From Harriotta raleighana (taxonomy: Eukaryota): a stretch of DNA of 64,000 nucleotides. The notes below the pieces were generated by a model, which was not told the origin of the DNA, ran no database searches, and saw nothing but the letters and a program-made list of their open reading frames with translations. The stretch covers positions 785,769 through 849,768 of the forward strand of contig JBNZDD010013686.1 in assembly GCA_050575255.1 (NCBI GenBank), in the 5' to 3' direction. Of the stretch, positions 26,941 through 40,651 are shown piece by piece; the first letter of the stretch is position 1; each line of letters starts with the position of its first letter. Position numbers and translations under genes: made by a program.

Positions 26941-29565
26941 GCTATCCATGAATATCAAGCCACATCAATGTTTAACAAATTAATTTCCAAAGTTAGTAGT
27001 GACTTTTATGATTTTGCAGTGTTGGATAGCACTACAGCATTTCACCAGCCAATAGTGTGAGAAGCTGCAAGCATTAGAATTGAGCCATGTGAGTTATATA
27101 CTATTCCTGAATTCTGCAGTTGTCAGAAATGGGATACCGACTTCATTAAATAGTCACATTCATCAAGCATGCCTCGTGCCTCTATTCCCTTTGATGTCAC
27201 CTTCCCTTAATACTGCCAATTCTATCATGAAAGAAATGAAAAGTTCTATTGATTTCTGGGAAGAAACAATGATTTTTTTGTGGCTTTACTCAGACTCTGC
27301 GTTGAATGGGTTTAAGGCCACTCACATCAAACTAAATGAAGATCTGAAATGAGGCAAGTTCAGTGATTCTCTTCTTCCAGTAGCAGTGAATGTTTTTTTT
27401 CCCCACCAAAATGTGCTTTCTGCAGGAGTTACTGTTGATTCTCCAAGCAATACTGAGTGAATTGGTGAACAGGAGATAGGACAGCACACACCTCATCAAT
27501 TGCCCTCACTAAGAACCACATTTACTCGCGATTAATCTTTCATAACCGACTCTCACAAAACAACTGTTCTTTTCTGGTTCCATTATTTTTCCCAGGAAAA
27601 TGTCAGGAAAGCATCTTATACATTGGATTGGATGTTTAGATCCGGTAACTATTTCAAAGACTGCCTGCCTATCATTGTTAGATAGATTGAGTGCCAGTCA
27701 CAAGCAATGGCAGGTTTCCAGAATGAGGAACTTCATTTCCCAAGGTGAGGAAAAGCCATGCATTATTTAAACTACAACAGCTTGTTTTGAAAAGGTGTAG
27801 ATTGGTTTATGAATGCATGTTCTGGTCAGGTCCTAAACTCCACCGAACCACATCTTACATTCAGCTCCAGCTGCCATGAACTAAATGAAAGTTCTTTCTT
27901 AGGAGCTTAAGAAATGCTAGTTGAAAAAAAAGACCAAGGTCCTTCTAGTTTGCATTCTAACCTTCCTGCTGGTCGCATGACAGTCTTCATATCATATCAA
28001 AATGTCACAGATTTTATGATTTCCAAGTTTATCACATTGAAGGTCACATTTTTCTTTTGATAGAATTTCACTCGTCACCTCAGAGGACTGAATAAAATGT
28101 AAAGTTGTTCCCTTAGAGCAATATGGTAAGCACATCTTATGAATTTATATTCTTGCTTTTTGGTGTAAAAGGCAACTCCATGAGATTTGTATTCTCATTG
28201 AAATCATTCTATTTTCCTCTACAATGCAAATTTTAGCATAATTCTAATCTAATTAAGAAGTCACTAGGACACCTCAGCTAACTGATTCCTGACAATTATC
28301 CTTTATAAAGTCTTTTCAGTTGAATAAAAGGATATTAGAAGAGAGCTAAATAGATTTTTTTTTAATGAATACACAGTTTGATAACATAAAGCAAGTTTTT
28401 CAAGATGCGATCTCTTTACTCTTACACATGAAGTAGATCACTTTCATTGCTCTCTGATTAAAATATTGATTTGCATTACGTTAGTCAGGTGCACATCTTC
28501 AACACCAGATAAATGGTGAAACTGGACAATTAGACTGAACCATGATTAAAGACTAAGCAATTTCCTGAACAAATACTAGACTACATTGCTCTGTCCTTCG
28601 TACTGTAGTTCATCAAAACAGAAATAATTGAAACGCTTTATACAAGCAGCTTATACCTTTACTCCAATGTTCCAAGATTTGTTGCAAAGGGAATAACATA
28701 GCTGGCCAAATTTCAACAATAATTGTAATTGAATTACTGTACATCTACTGTACAATGCTATGATGCATTGTTGTAAAGTTGTAAAGAGTGCATAACTTAG
28801 TTTATTTATTTGTATCTTCTTCATAACCTGGTTGTCTTTCTAAAAAGAAATGAACTTATGCAGTTTACACTTAAATAACACTGAAACTTTTAACTACAAC
28901 ATTTTAAATTCATCAAGTAAAGTGCCTGCATTCTTGGCTGCGGCAAAACAATCCCAGAGACAGTACTGTTCCGTCTGGTTAGAGTTAGCTCTGATTTGTT
29001 TACTAATTATATGCGAATACTTTGCACTGTGATCACACAATGAATTAAGTTCAATTTAGGCAATATAGCTGCACCTGCAATTTGTATGCAACAGAAATAA
29101 ACATGCAGACATAATGATGACTACTTCAACCTTGGTGGCAATCAACCCAATTCCTTAGGTGAGATTGTAGTTAAACTGCATCCGTTTAGTTAATGTGGTG
29201 AAAACATTGGCACAAGTTAACAGTATCAGTGATCTGTCACTTGTACTGTAATGATGGCTACAGGGAAATTACTAAGATCAATTAGCTGACAGACACTAGT
29301 GAACTGTTTAGATTTACGTAACCATGTAATTACAACACTTGTTCTTTTTCAGCTAATAGAACAGATTTCAGAAATTTGAGTCCACAAATTGTTTGGATTT
29401 TTGAAAAAATTTAAACAGGAGGAGTTTCTGTTTCTGGTTTTTCACAACTGAAGAGGAAAAAAAAATTGTGCATTATATTCACACAAGTTAAAAAAGAAAA
29501 GCATATTGACTCCAATATCTTATGTAGGATTTCTTAGCAAATGTGCCAATGCAAGGAAAACATAC

Positions 29566-29860
29566 AATAATCATCCTTGCATTTCATATAGTGCTTTTCA
29601 TGTATCCTAGATATCTGAAATACTTCACAGAAGATACTGTAAAGTAAATTGACTGTATATTTGTGTGTGAAACGCTGCAGCCAAGTGCACACAGTAGTGT
29701 GCCAAAAAGTCGTGCTTTGGGGAACCAAATTATTTTTTTCTTGAGGGATTATTATCAGGTGTGTGGAGTAAAGAAGCTTGCCAAGATTTCGCCTCATCAT
29801 GAATCGAACCCAAGTCTCTTGCTTGCAAGCCGAGTACGCTAACCACTGAGTTACAGGTCT
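29566..29860 (-). mobile_element. Main SINE, full length
   Basis: Head, body and tail all present. Confidence 0.9.
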
Positions 29861-29899
29861 CCACAAATAGTACATGTTCGGTATTTTTCCTTGAGGGTA

Positions 29900-30225
29900 G
29901 CATTCAAAGCATTTTTAATACTTTCTTGACCTCTATTCTCACTATCCTGGTTTTCTTCTCCTTTCTTGTTCTTTGTGATGGAAGCCTCTGTCAGTGAAGA
30001 ATCGTAAACTGTCTAATCTGACAATTCCTGTCACTATTTTAAAACCGTCAATCAAATCCCCTTACTCTGCTATGAAGAATAGTACCCAGTCTAGCCACTA
30101 AGTTCCTTCAGCCTATGTATTAATCTAGGGAACCATCCCTGGACACTCTTCAAGGCTGGTTTATCTCTCCTAAAAACTATGGGTGTATAAAATTGGGTGC
30201 AGTATTACAGTGGGAATCTAGATTA
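29900..30225 (-). mobile_element. Decayed CR1 ORF2 C-terminal fragment
   Basis: Antisense remnants of YCTQF, RVSRDGS (ERVQR-like) and GDLI motifs. Confidence 0.55.
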
Positions 30226-31869
30226 TATTTACAATTGCAATTTCTTGTACACTAAAACAAATCAAAGGTTTATTTTCATAAAACTTTTCTATTGAGTTTA
30301 TGAATCAATGTAGGAGCTCCCAACTCCCTAGTGTTTACTATCTACTGAGATATAAGGATGCCTAGAGGCAGACAGCATCCGATGCTCCAGTTTAACATTT
30401 TTTTGTAATACACAAAATTCTGTAGATATTCATGAAAATTACATAACAGTGACTTTTTGAATATTACAATCATCATCTCTTAATTTGATGGTTTGAACAG
30501 GCTAGACATTGGTTAATGTTCCAGAAATCAGTTCAATTATTTAATGTTCATTATGCACAGTCCAGCGGGATGAAGTTGTCTACCTTATAAAACATGAAAA
30601 CTCATTGGCAGGTTCACAGCTGGCGCAACGAATACCAGCATGGATGGAATTACTAATAGAACAAACACCAGGAAATGTGCATCTGCAGTGGCATGATTGA
30701 AATGAAGTGTGTAATGATTCTCAATTTGCAACTAATTAATCTTTGGCCATCGTAAGTCACTTTTAAATCCACTTTAAAATCTTTTTGCTCTTCCTGTCAG
30801 TCCCAAAGAAGTGATGCGCTGTTCAAATGAAACAATGTAATTAGTTTTGCGGTATAGAAATTACATTTCACTTTTCAGAACAAAACCAACATCTAGTCGG
30901 TTGCTATCAATTTTTAGGCAAACTAATCAAATTACTTGGCCTGTGCTTTAAAAAGGTTTTTTCTAAATTGATGTTATCTACCAATTGAACATAATAACTA
31001 AACACAGGAGAAACCAACAGAATGAATTAATGCGAATTTCTCCAAACACAACTTTAAAGAAACATTTTTAGATTTCCCAGTTTGGACACCTCAACTCATA
31101 AGATTATGTGCACAGAAAGAAAAGATATTCATAAATTATTCATGGACTTAATCAAAAAGGACACAAAGACTAATTAATAATTAATATTCTTCTATCACCG
31201 GAAATAATTTGAGAAAACAGTTAAATCCCTACTGACATGTCCAACAAACAGACATTGTTTGTGGCATTGTTTCGTTTCTCGACTCAAGTCACAGCGTTTT
31301 CTCCACTCTCTTTGAATCCAGCCTCACAAGCTAGATCATTCAACCTTCAAATCATTGCCTTCCAAATAAGCGAAACCAATCCGATTGAAACCCTTCACAA
31401 TAATTCTTGGTGTGCAGTGATCCCCATCAGCCAGGGAATTAATTCACAATATTCACTGAGGGGGAGTCACAAAGCAATTGGAAAATAATGGTGATCGGTA
31501 TCTTTGTGCAGTATCATTATGGCTCTAATACACTTTTATGAACATCCTGTACTATAATATTAGGTGAATACACCATTGTATAAAACAATGGGTAGCTATT
31601 GTGTAAGTAGTCAGTTTCTGGCAATATTAGAAGGTTTCTACCAACTGGATTATGTGCATGGTTCATTTTGATATCAGGCAAGTGTTGGCAGAGGAGGTAG
31701 CGATAACTCAGGACAAGCAGCAGTAATAACTAACAGGAAGGGCATTAGCTAAAGCTACCGTAACAGAAATAACCAGTGAAGCTTGGTTTGCATTGCACTA
31801 TTTTATTGATCACCATTCTAGGATAATCAAAAGTGAAGGAAGCTTTCTCATCTCTCGCCTTGACGGGCA

Positions 31870-31912
31870 CACGTGAGATGACTCCACGTGAGATGACTCC
31901 ACGTGAGATGAC
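31870..31912. repeat. Perfect tandem repeat, 15-bp unit CACGTGAGATGACTC, nearly 3 copies
   Basis: Read directly from the sequence. Confidence 0.95.
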
Positions 31913-32258
31913 ATTATGTCTCCATCACTTTTGATTCAGCACAGATGAGAATACTTGAACAAGCATCAAACCAGTCACCTGACAAACCGGCTCTCATCAA
32001 AATTATAACCTTGTTAATACAAGTTTGAGAAGCTGGCATCCATGCAACCAAGGATTATGACCCAACACTTGACTTTGTTTGCTGCTGACAAGAGCCCCTT
32101 CAACGTTAATCCTTGGGTTCATGTCAGGATTATACACATGGTCACCCAGCTGCCGTTCTCGGGAACATAATCGTGTAACTCACAGGTTTTTAGCTTCCTG
32201 TTGTCAGTAAGCAAGCAACAGTTGTTTGTGGCTGCAGAGTTTGGCAAGGTGGATCATG

Positions 32259-32653
32259 CATCCTGTGGCTCAGTGGGTAGAGCACTCACCTCGCAAACGA
32301 GAGGGCCTGGGTTCGATTCCCAGCAGTGCAAAAGAAGAAGAAGAACAACAACAACTTGTATTTATATAGCACCTTCCAAGCCGGGCAGTTTCTCAGAGCG
32401 CTCGAGATTGGGCAAAACATTTAGCAAGTTTCTTAACCCCACATGCCTCTGTTTACCTAATGGTAACTAGGAACCCAATTGTTAGTTCATTGGGAATCAC
32501 ATTGTGGGGATAATAACTCTCACAAACTTTTTTTAAACAATAATAATTTAGTCACTAAACCTATGACTGTTTGTGAGTTGTGCTGCGTGTAGTCGGCTGC
32601 CACATTTCACCAACAAAATATACAGTCAAGCCATTTTGCAGTATATTCTATGA
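32259..32653 (+). mobile_element. Longer variant of the tRNA-derived SINE, interrupted by an antisense L2-type tail at ~32331-32402
   Basis: A box tggctcagtgg, B box ggttcgattcc, an extra central block cctctgtttacctaatggtaactaggaaccc..., then the family body. Confidence 0.8.
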
Positions 32654-34184
32654 ATATATCTTTCCCTCATCCCCAGCTAAAATGCAATCCCTTCTCTACT
32701 GCCTTATGAATTTTTTAGTTATCTGCATTGATGCGAGTACAAATATTTAGATGACACCACATTCTCCAGATTAGTGAGTTCTAATTTGCAAAATGGGAGC
32801 AAGCATACGCTTAATTTCCTCAGCACTGATTTTTATGCCAAATCTTTTTGCTGGCTGGGTACATTTTATGTCAATAGCTGCTGGCATTCTTCTTCTGCTT
32901 TATTCATGAGCACAATGTCATCAGAAAAAAAAGTTATTTGTCAGCAGGCAGCCATTAATGATGACCCCACTTAGATGCTGTAATGTTGCCTCACATGTAA
33001 AGCATTTTGGAAATGATTTTTTTTTAATAAAAGGAATAAATGGTAACCATGTCCGAGCAGAACTGATAATCCTTCTCATATTCCAGAGACGAACTGTATA
33101 AAGACTGAAAAGGATTTGGTAAGGACCATTCCAATAAAGCATAAATATGTGACCACCCACCCCCACACACACCCAAGTGGGCATGCATGAGCAGTAGACA
33201 TAGGACTAGCACATTGTTATGTTGAGCATATTGAGAGCAAGATTTGATCTTCCCCTCAAAGACCTACTGTTTTCCATTCTATTTCGATGGCTGTACGATC
33301 ACTAAAGTTAATGGCAGTCTCTTGTCTCTGCATATTTTCATCATTTGGGTATAACATACTACAGCTGTTAGAATCAAAATTCTGTGGTTAGTGACTCGGG
33401 TAAACAAAGTGAACCCTCAAATGCTAGAATTTGGTATAGATTTCGGTGGGACATAACCGATCGAGTCAGTAAAGCCTCGGAATGAGCGATGGGGAAACAA
33501 AATGTTTCCAACCAACAAATTGGACCTCAAATGATCTAATTGTTAAACAGGACAGCTTGATCACTTTGTGGTGGAGGCAACCTGCACCTGACCAGAGATA
33601 GAACCAGGAATAATGTTCCTTCCTGGTGCAGTGTGAATAACCAGCTCGTTCCATTGCTCAATGCACATTGCGAGGAGATGGCTCTTGGTGATAAAATCGC
33701 AGCAAAACTGAATCAATAAGCGATTGAAATGCTCTTAGCAACCACAGCAACAATTTACACTTATATACCACCCTCCATGCAGGGCAGCATCTCAGTGCGC
33801 TTAACAGTGGCAGAGTCTGACACTGGGGTGAAGATGGGGGGTGGTGGTCACAAAGGGAAAGGACACTACCTTTAATTACAGAAAACTACAAGACTATTTC
33901 CGAGATCCTATGCCATTACCATCTCTTCCACTGCTGATACAAGCTACTGGAATTCCTCAGTAGGATCGGTCTGTTCATTGAGTTTGCATGTCTGGTAACG
34001 GAGGCTGTGCGGAACACCTTGGCAACAGACTGCAGCATAAATGCCCGTGGCCATCATTTTTCAAGTGAATCAAGTCATCCATATTGTGATGCTTAATACA
34101 GGATTTTAATGATAAGATGATGATTACTATATTTATCTTGAAATAAATATCCATTTTATTTCATATTAACTGTTTAAGCATTGT

Positions 34185-34292
34185 ACGGACAAATATACAG
34201 TCAATTCACTTTACACGATATGGTGTGAAGCAATTGAGACCTCCAGAAGACATGAAAGCACCATATCAAATGCAAGGATTATTATTATTTAT
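34185..34292 (+). mobile_element. Main SINE 3' fragment
   Basis: caaatatacagtcaattcactttac...atcaaatgcaaggattattatt. Confidence 0.85.
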
Positions 34293-35474
34293 TATAAGTG
34301 CTGCTCATGAACTCTTGAGTGAGTCTAGATTGCAGTTTTACAAGCATGTTATTCTACTCACTGATGAACCAACTATAATGCTTATCAAATTAAATAAACT
34401 ATACAGGACCACAGAAGGGTTTGCAGTTAATTATTCAAGGACAGTTAATATTTTATACAAAAAAAACTATTTTAAATATCGCACTGGCAATGCACAATGT
34501 TTCCTCCAGAAATCCTCTGCATCAAACTATGTACTGCAATAGAGAACGGCTTATCTACCTTACAACCTGCTACCAGCTGACTGAAAGCAATCTCTCAAGT
34601 GTTGTCCTGAATGCTGCCATAATAGTTGTCAAATCAAAGGCACTAGAAAAGATGACATTTTGTTTTCAGGCTACAACTCGTTTGATGAAATATTCTGTGG
34701 TCCTGCAAAATTTCTTTAACTTTGATAAGCAGCATAATTTGGATACATCAATGAGTAGAATAACACACTTGTAAAATTGCAATCTAGAAGTACTTGAGAG
34801 TTCATGAGCAACAGTTAAGATTAAATAAGATGGATGTATTTATTTCAAGATCATCATCTCATCTACTTAACAGGATCAAATCTGCAGCTGGTAAAATGCG
34901 GCCTAAATTGATGACCACATTTCAAAAAATATTGTCCACACATTGGCAATTAATGTTCTAATGCACTAACACAAACATGACATGAAAGTAATGCGAATCT
35001 TTTGCAGCAATAGAAACCAATCTGCCCAGGGGTATTTTTTATTAAAAAAATATTGAACAATATTGAACTTTAACATATTCCTCATGACACTTCTGTTGCT
35101 TCTGTCAGCAAATTCAATAACTTAATAACTTATTAAGGTCAATTATCATACATCAGGGTGAGGTGGAGGCTGAAACCTGTCAAGGTAACTACCAAGTATC
35201 CATTAAGCATCTGGGCTCCACAATTGTACCAGTTTCTGTCACTCTTCATATATGCTTCTGGCCATCATATTCTTTCCTTCAAGTAAATGCATAGGGCAAC
35301 AAAAGTTAATACAATTACACAATATATTGTTAGACTCCACAGACAATATGATTTTATGTTTCCTAAAGCAAAATCTAACGACTGTACCTGGTTCAGTTGC
35401 AGTGTGTAAAACGAGAAGTGAAGTGTTATTATCACTACAATAGGCGGCCATTATCGCTATCCTTTCTAATCCTA

Positions 35475-35610
35475 ACTCCTTGCTTTTCTCCATCCCCTTC
35501 CTTTTAAAAAAAACACTATTCATCCAGTCCCCTTTTGAAATGCTGTCACAGACTCCACTTCAACCACCATTTGCAGAAAGGCATCCATAATCTAATAATC
35601 CTTGTAAACT
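35475..35610 (-). mobile_element. CR1 3' fragment
   Basis: Antisense gtggttgaagtggagtctgtgacagcatttcaaaaggggactggatg (VVEVES/F K.LD-like). Confidence 0.55.
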
Positions 35611-35634
35611 ACATGTTTCACATTTATTTGTCTC

Positions 35635-35886
35635 AATAATAATAATAATAATCCTTGCAGTTGATATTGCGCTGTTCACATCTTCTAGACATCTCAAAGC
35701 GCTTCACAGAATATACTGTAAAGTGAATTGACTGTATATTTGTGGGCAAAATGCGGTAGCCAATTATGGATTATTATTAATGTGGAGTAAGGAAACTTGC
35801 CCAAGGTTTCGCCCTGAACTGCCTGGATTCGAAACACAGGTCTCACACTTGTAAGGCGAGTGCTCAAACCACTGAGCTACAGGACT
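35635..35886 (-). mobile_element. Main SINE, head to tail with an internal deletion
   Basis: Well-preserved head (gtcctgtagctcagtggtttgagcactcgccttacaag on minus) and tail. Confidence 0.9.
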
Positions 35887-37589
35887 ACCAACCATTGTTT
35901 GATTTATTTTTCAAATATATTTGAAAAATATTGGTTAACAGAAGAACAATATCTGAATTGAACTGCGACAGCAAGCCTATGCCCTCTTTGAATAGTAGGT
36001 AATGACAATGCCAAACTTTAGTGTTTCTGTGTTGGTGTGTGATTACACAGAATACCTTTTGCTGAAATTATTTGAAGAGTTGAATATGCTGGACTGACAC
36101 CAATGGGTTCACATCTGTGTTCATGTGTGTTACTCCAGCAGGTTTGCTTAGTTTGCAGGGAATAAATGAGGCGATGTCTTTGTCTGACAATGATTTTATA
36201 GAAGAATGTGTCATCCTTGTTCCATCGTCTATTGAATAGTCACCTGCAAAAACATGTTTTGTTTCTTTGGAAACCAGGAAAAAAAACATCTGCAATGCAG
36301 TGGTATCATTGGAATCAGTGGTAATGGGCCATGGGAAAAAGAAGAAAGTGAAATGCTGTGTATAAAAAAAAATGAATTGCTGAAATATATACTGTAATGT
36401 TCTGCAGCAGATCTCATATCTGCTGCACAAAAAGCCTTTCACAGCAACCATGATTCGTCTGCTGAAAAAGTGGGATTACAGTGAAAGAACGGCACACATC
36501 AGAAACAAAATAGATGTAATATTACAAGTATGTTTCTTATTGAATCGATTACAATGACTGCAGCTAAGTTTTCTAGGGCCTGGCTTCAGTGCTCACGGAT
36601 CCTCTCAGAAAACACTAAGCTGTTCCTTTGTTACATGATTGTGTTTATAAATGCTTAAGGGTAATCACTGACTATATGGCTTGAAAGGATTTTCCCTGAT
36701 TACAACTATACAGACTTTTTATGTTCATTTGATCTGCATTTAACTAAAATAGGATTAGTCTCTTATCCAGAGGAAAACATGGGGATACACTAAAACAATC
36801 AACCTTTCTACATTCTCAGTGGAGCATGGACCACAAAGAAACATCAGGCCAAAATACTACTTCAGAGAATGTAATTACTATCAGATTCAATTGCAGGGTA
36901 CTGTATAAGCTTGAACATTTCCATACAAGAACAATAAACTGCAGTATTGCTGACAAGCATTTCCCATTTTACAATATTCATTCCCACTTTGTCTTCTTCA
37001 GAATCCGAACATTTATAACATTAATGCCTAGAACGTCTCTCAGTGATCCATTCAAATTTTCATACTAGTTGTTAACCAATTTGATATTATACTTGTAAAA
37101 GCTTATCTTTGCCATTTATTAGGCAAGCCTGAATCATATATGTGCAAACAGCTGTTTTGAATTAAATTAGGGAGAGAGATTGAAAAGGAGAGGAATAATT
37201 TGGTATCATATTGCTTTTGCCCTTGTACACCATTCACACAGTGACATTACAGAGGCTGAAGGAATGGGGAATTAGATTAGAAGCACCCTCTAAAATGTGA
37301 AAAAATACATTTTAATAACCAAAAAAATGCAATAATGGGGTAAATGCCTACATTTGGTGATGTTCGAGTATATCATTTAAGGGATTATTATTAGGAGTGT
37401 GAACACCAAGAACTTTTTAAAATAATACCTTCAGAAAATAGCTGAGACAACATGACTTTGCTCAGTCCCAGTCTGATGTTATTCATTTTCAGCATCTCAC
37501 CACAGGTATATGCTTTAAACCCAATGCATCTCCTGGATCACCTGATTTACCTCGAAAAACAATCACCTGTTCCACATCTTAATTGATAA

Positions 37590-37890
37590 GAGTCCTGTGG
37601 ATCAGTGGTTAGAACACTCGCCTTACAAGCGAGAGACCTGGGTTTGACTCCAGTTAGGGCGAAACCTTGGGCAAGTTTCTTTATTCCACACACCTAATAA
37701 TAATCCCTCAAATAAAAATTGGCCATTTCAATCCACGACTGTTTGTGGGACATTGCTGTATGCAAATGGCTGCCGTGTTGTGCCCATATATATACAGTCA
37801 ATTCACTTTACAGTATATTCTGTGAAGCGCTTTGAAGGGTCTAGAAGATGTGAAAAGTGCTATATCAAATCCAAGGAATGTTATTATTAT
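37590..37890 (+). mobile_element. Main SINE, full length (~300 bp)
   Basis: tRNA-like head with an intact arm CTCGC-CTTACAA-GCGAG, ccttgggcaagt motif, body and tail. Confidence 0.92.
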
Positions 37891-38639
37891 CATAGATTTT
37901 TCTGTATACATTCTGCCAACAATTTATCCCATTATTTACTTTAATTGCTTCAGGTTTAATAATACAGTATTCTCATTGTTACCATTGCAGCCTGTTGAGC
38001 AGGCAGAATAAGTGACTCATGTTTCCAAAAAAAATTAACTCACTTGATTTCTTCAGAATTTGTAGCAAACCAGCTTCTCCATCATCCGTTGTCCTTCCTG
38101 AATTCATTCCTCTTTTCATGTTGTCTTAATGAGACCTGGCAACCCATCTGCAAGCTGTTTCTCCTCCAGACAGCATTTTCCTCCTTTACGTCTTCATCAT
38201 CATCCTTCTCTCCGCATCTATTAGTTTACTACTGACACCATCTGTGTGACACCTCTGAAATGACATGAACAACACTTTCCACTCCAATTTTGAGAAGAAT
38301 TCACCTTTATTCACAGCATTGTCTCCCTCTCTTTTCAACTCTTTCTGCGCTTTTTAATCTCAAGATATTTTAACAATGGTCCACAATCACTCAATTTACC
38401 TCTAACAATAATCACCTGTTTTCAATTGATACAACAGTATCCAATTCATCAAGGTTCTCAGTTGTATAGTAAAAGAACCAACCATCCAACTAAAGCAGAT
38501 TATTAGTCTGTCTATTAATTACAAACAATTTCAAAACCATGAAGCCAAATTAACACTTCAATTTACAAGTGAAATGTTTGCTTAAGCAAATCTTAATTCA
38601 TAAACTCAGTTTAGAATTTTTTAAAATTCATTTGTAAAT

Positions 38640-38960
38640 GTAGTGCTTGAGGTCTGTTCAGGTGTCAAGATGCCATCCTTTGGATGAGACATTAAACTGA
38701 GGTCCTGTCTGCATATTTCCCAACGGTGTCATGGACATTAAAGATTCCGTGGCACTTTTCGAAAAGAGAAGGAAGTTTCTCCTGGTATCCTGGCAAACAA
38801 TCCTCCAAATAATTTGTGGGACACATTGCTGTATCAATTGGCTGCTGCATTTTGCCAACAAAATACACAATCACGCCATTCCACAGTATATCCTATGAAG
38901 CGCTTTGAAACGTCTTTCCAATGTGATAAAACCCGACATCAAATTCAAGGATTAATTATG
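38640..38960 (+). mobile_element. Deu-domain SINE with a main-family-like 3' end
   Basis: tttggatgagacattaaactgaggtcctgtctgc...taaagattccgtggcacttttcgaaaagagaagg (Deu-like) followed by tttgtgggacac...aagcgctttgaaacgtc...caaggatta. Confidence 0.8.
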
Positions 38961-40560
38961 GATTATTTAAATTGAGGCAGATTATTAACCAAATCTCCCA
39001 CTGTAGTTATGTGAATGATATGCCGATGGTCAAACTTTTTAAGGCAGAAGCTATGTTAGCATTTTAAGGTGAAACAGAATATGAAAATGGAACATTTGGA
39101 GGATTACAAATTGCTGTATTTCTCTCTTTCTGTCATTCGTTCATTCACTCACACATACACAGACCAGCACAACTGCTGAAACTAGTGCACACAAGAACTC
39201 CCTCTGACATTAGGTTAGAAATATATATATATCTAACAAATCTTTCTCACAAGTACGGTACCTGGAATTGTAAATAAAGCCTTTTCATCCTGCTGCATTC
39301 TGTGCTGGATTCACTGCAGGATTTGCACTGCGGCAGTTATATCCTTTTTCTATTAGTTCACAATAAAATGTGGTGTTCCCCTAATGCAGTATAAGAAAGG
39401 CTAATTTGCCAGGTCAACCTGAAATAATCCAGGTGCGGACAGTGAAATGCCATGAAAGAGCCACAAAGCAATGTTTCAGTAGCAGTATGTCCAGCAATTA
39501 GATCTGCAATTTAAAGGTGTCCTTAATCAACGCCTTGAAAGTATAATCCACCTTAAATACGTAGAATTTATAAAAATTGTAACTAGCCTTCTCTCTTAAA
39601 GTGTACAATTATCCAGTCAGCTGGGCCACAGATGGGATGGGATGTTTTCTATCTGCCAACTGACACTTGTAACAGTACTCATTTGATGGACAGCTTCTTT
39701 CTTTACTGTTGGGCAGGAAGTATCAATCTGAATGCAGAAAGGGGGAAACATTATTCTGAATCAGGATAATGTATTTTTACCAGCAGACACGGAAACTTGT
39801 TAAAAAGATGAAACTTAAGTGTGGTAAACTATCTAATGTAACATTTTGACCCATGTATCCACCTGAGCAGGACCCATTGTATTGTCATAATTGTCAATGA
39901 GAGAACACAGTAATGGGCACAAATACTTAGAGATACCAATATTTGCAAATACTTTAAGATCCTCTATATATTCTGCAGCATTTGTTTTGCTAGGAATAGC
40001 TGGATAAACAATTTACGTTTATATAGTGACTTTCCAATTGGAAAGATATCTCAAAAGTGGTTAATTACCTGGGAGTCAAACTTGGTGGTGGGGGTGGGGA
40101 TGGGGATGAGTGGTGGTGGGGGTGGGTGGAGGTGGAGTGGGGGAAGAGCACAATTGAAGGATAAAGGCAAACTCTTCTCAGAATGTGGATGTTTGTTTAA
40201 GGAATGCTCACTCTGCCAACAGTTTACCTTAACTCATGATTGTAATTTAAAGCACAATATAGAAATATCTTCCTCCCTTGCTGTGAAGTGGGTGTATGTC
40301 GGAGTCAGACCAGGTTGACTGAGATGCTCCCAAATTGCCTGTGGTCACAGGCTACTGGAGAAAGATACTGGGGATCTTCCAGTGCTAATAGGCTTGTGTA
40401 TGAATCAGCATCCTCAGGAAAAGACAGATAAAGTTGAAAAAAAAGAGTATAAAATTGGTCCAATAAAAATGATTCTTTGGGAGTATGCTTCCTGTTGTCA
40501 CGACAAAGTTACAAACAAAAATGGTTTGCAAAACGTTCAAAGCAATCATTGACATAATGA

Positions 40561-40651
40561 AAAAAAACACAGAAATTGCTGGGGAAACTCAGCAAGTTAG
40601 GCAGCATCCATGGAGAAAGGAAAGTGAGTCAACGTTTCGGGTCCACGACCC
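40561..40651 (-). mobile_element. 91-bp copy of the same Penelope-type fragment with a 12-bp TSD, truncated inside the hammerhead
   Basis: TTGACATAATGA is duplicated at 40549-40560 and 40652-40663. It shares gtgagtcaacgtttcgggtccacgaccctt with 47737-47844 but lacks the CTGATGA box. Confidence 0.8.

Noticed and set aside
32259-32330. Apparent tRNA gene (A and B boxes)
   Set aside because: It continues into SINE body sequence and has a mismatched anticodon stem; it is a SINE head.
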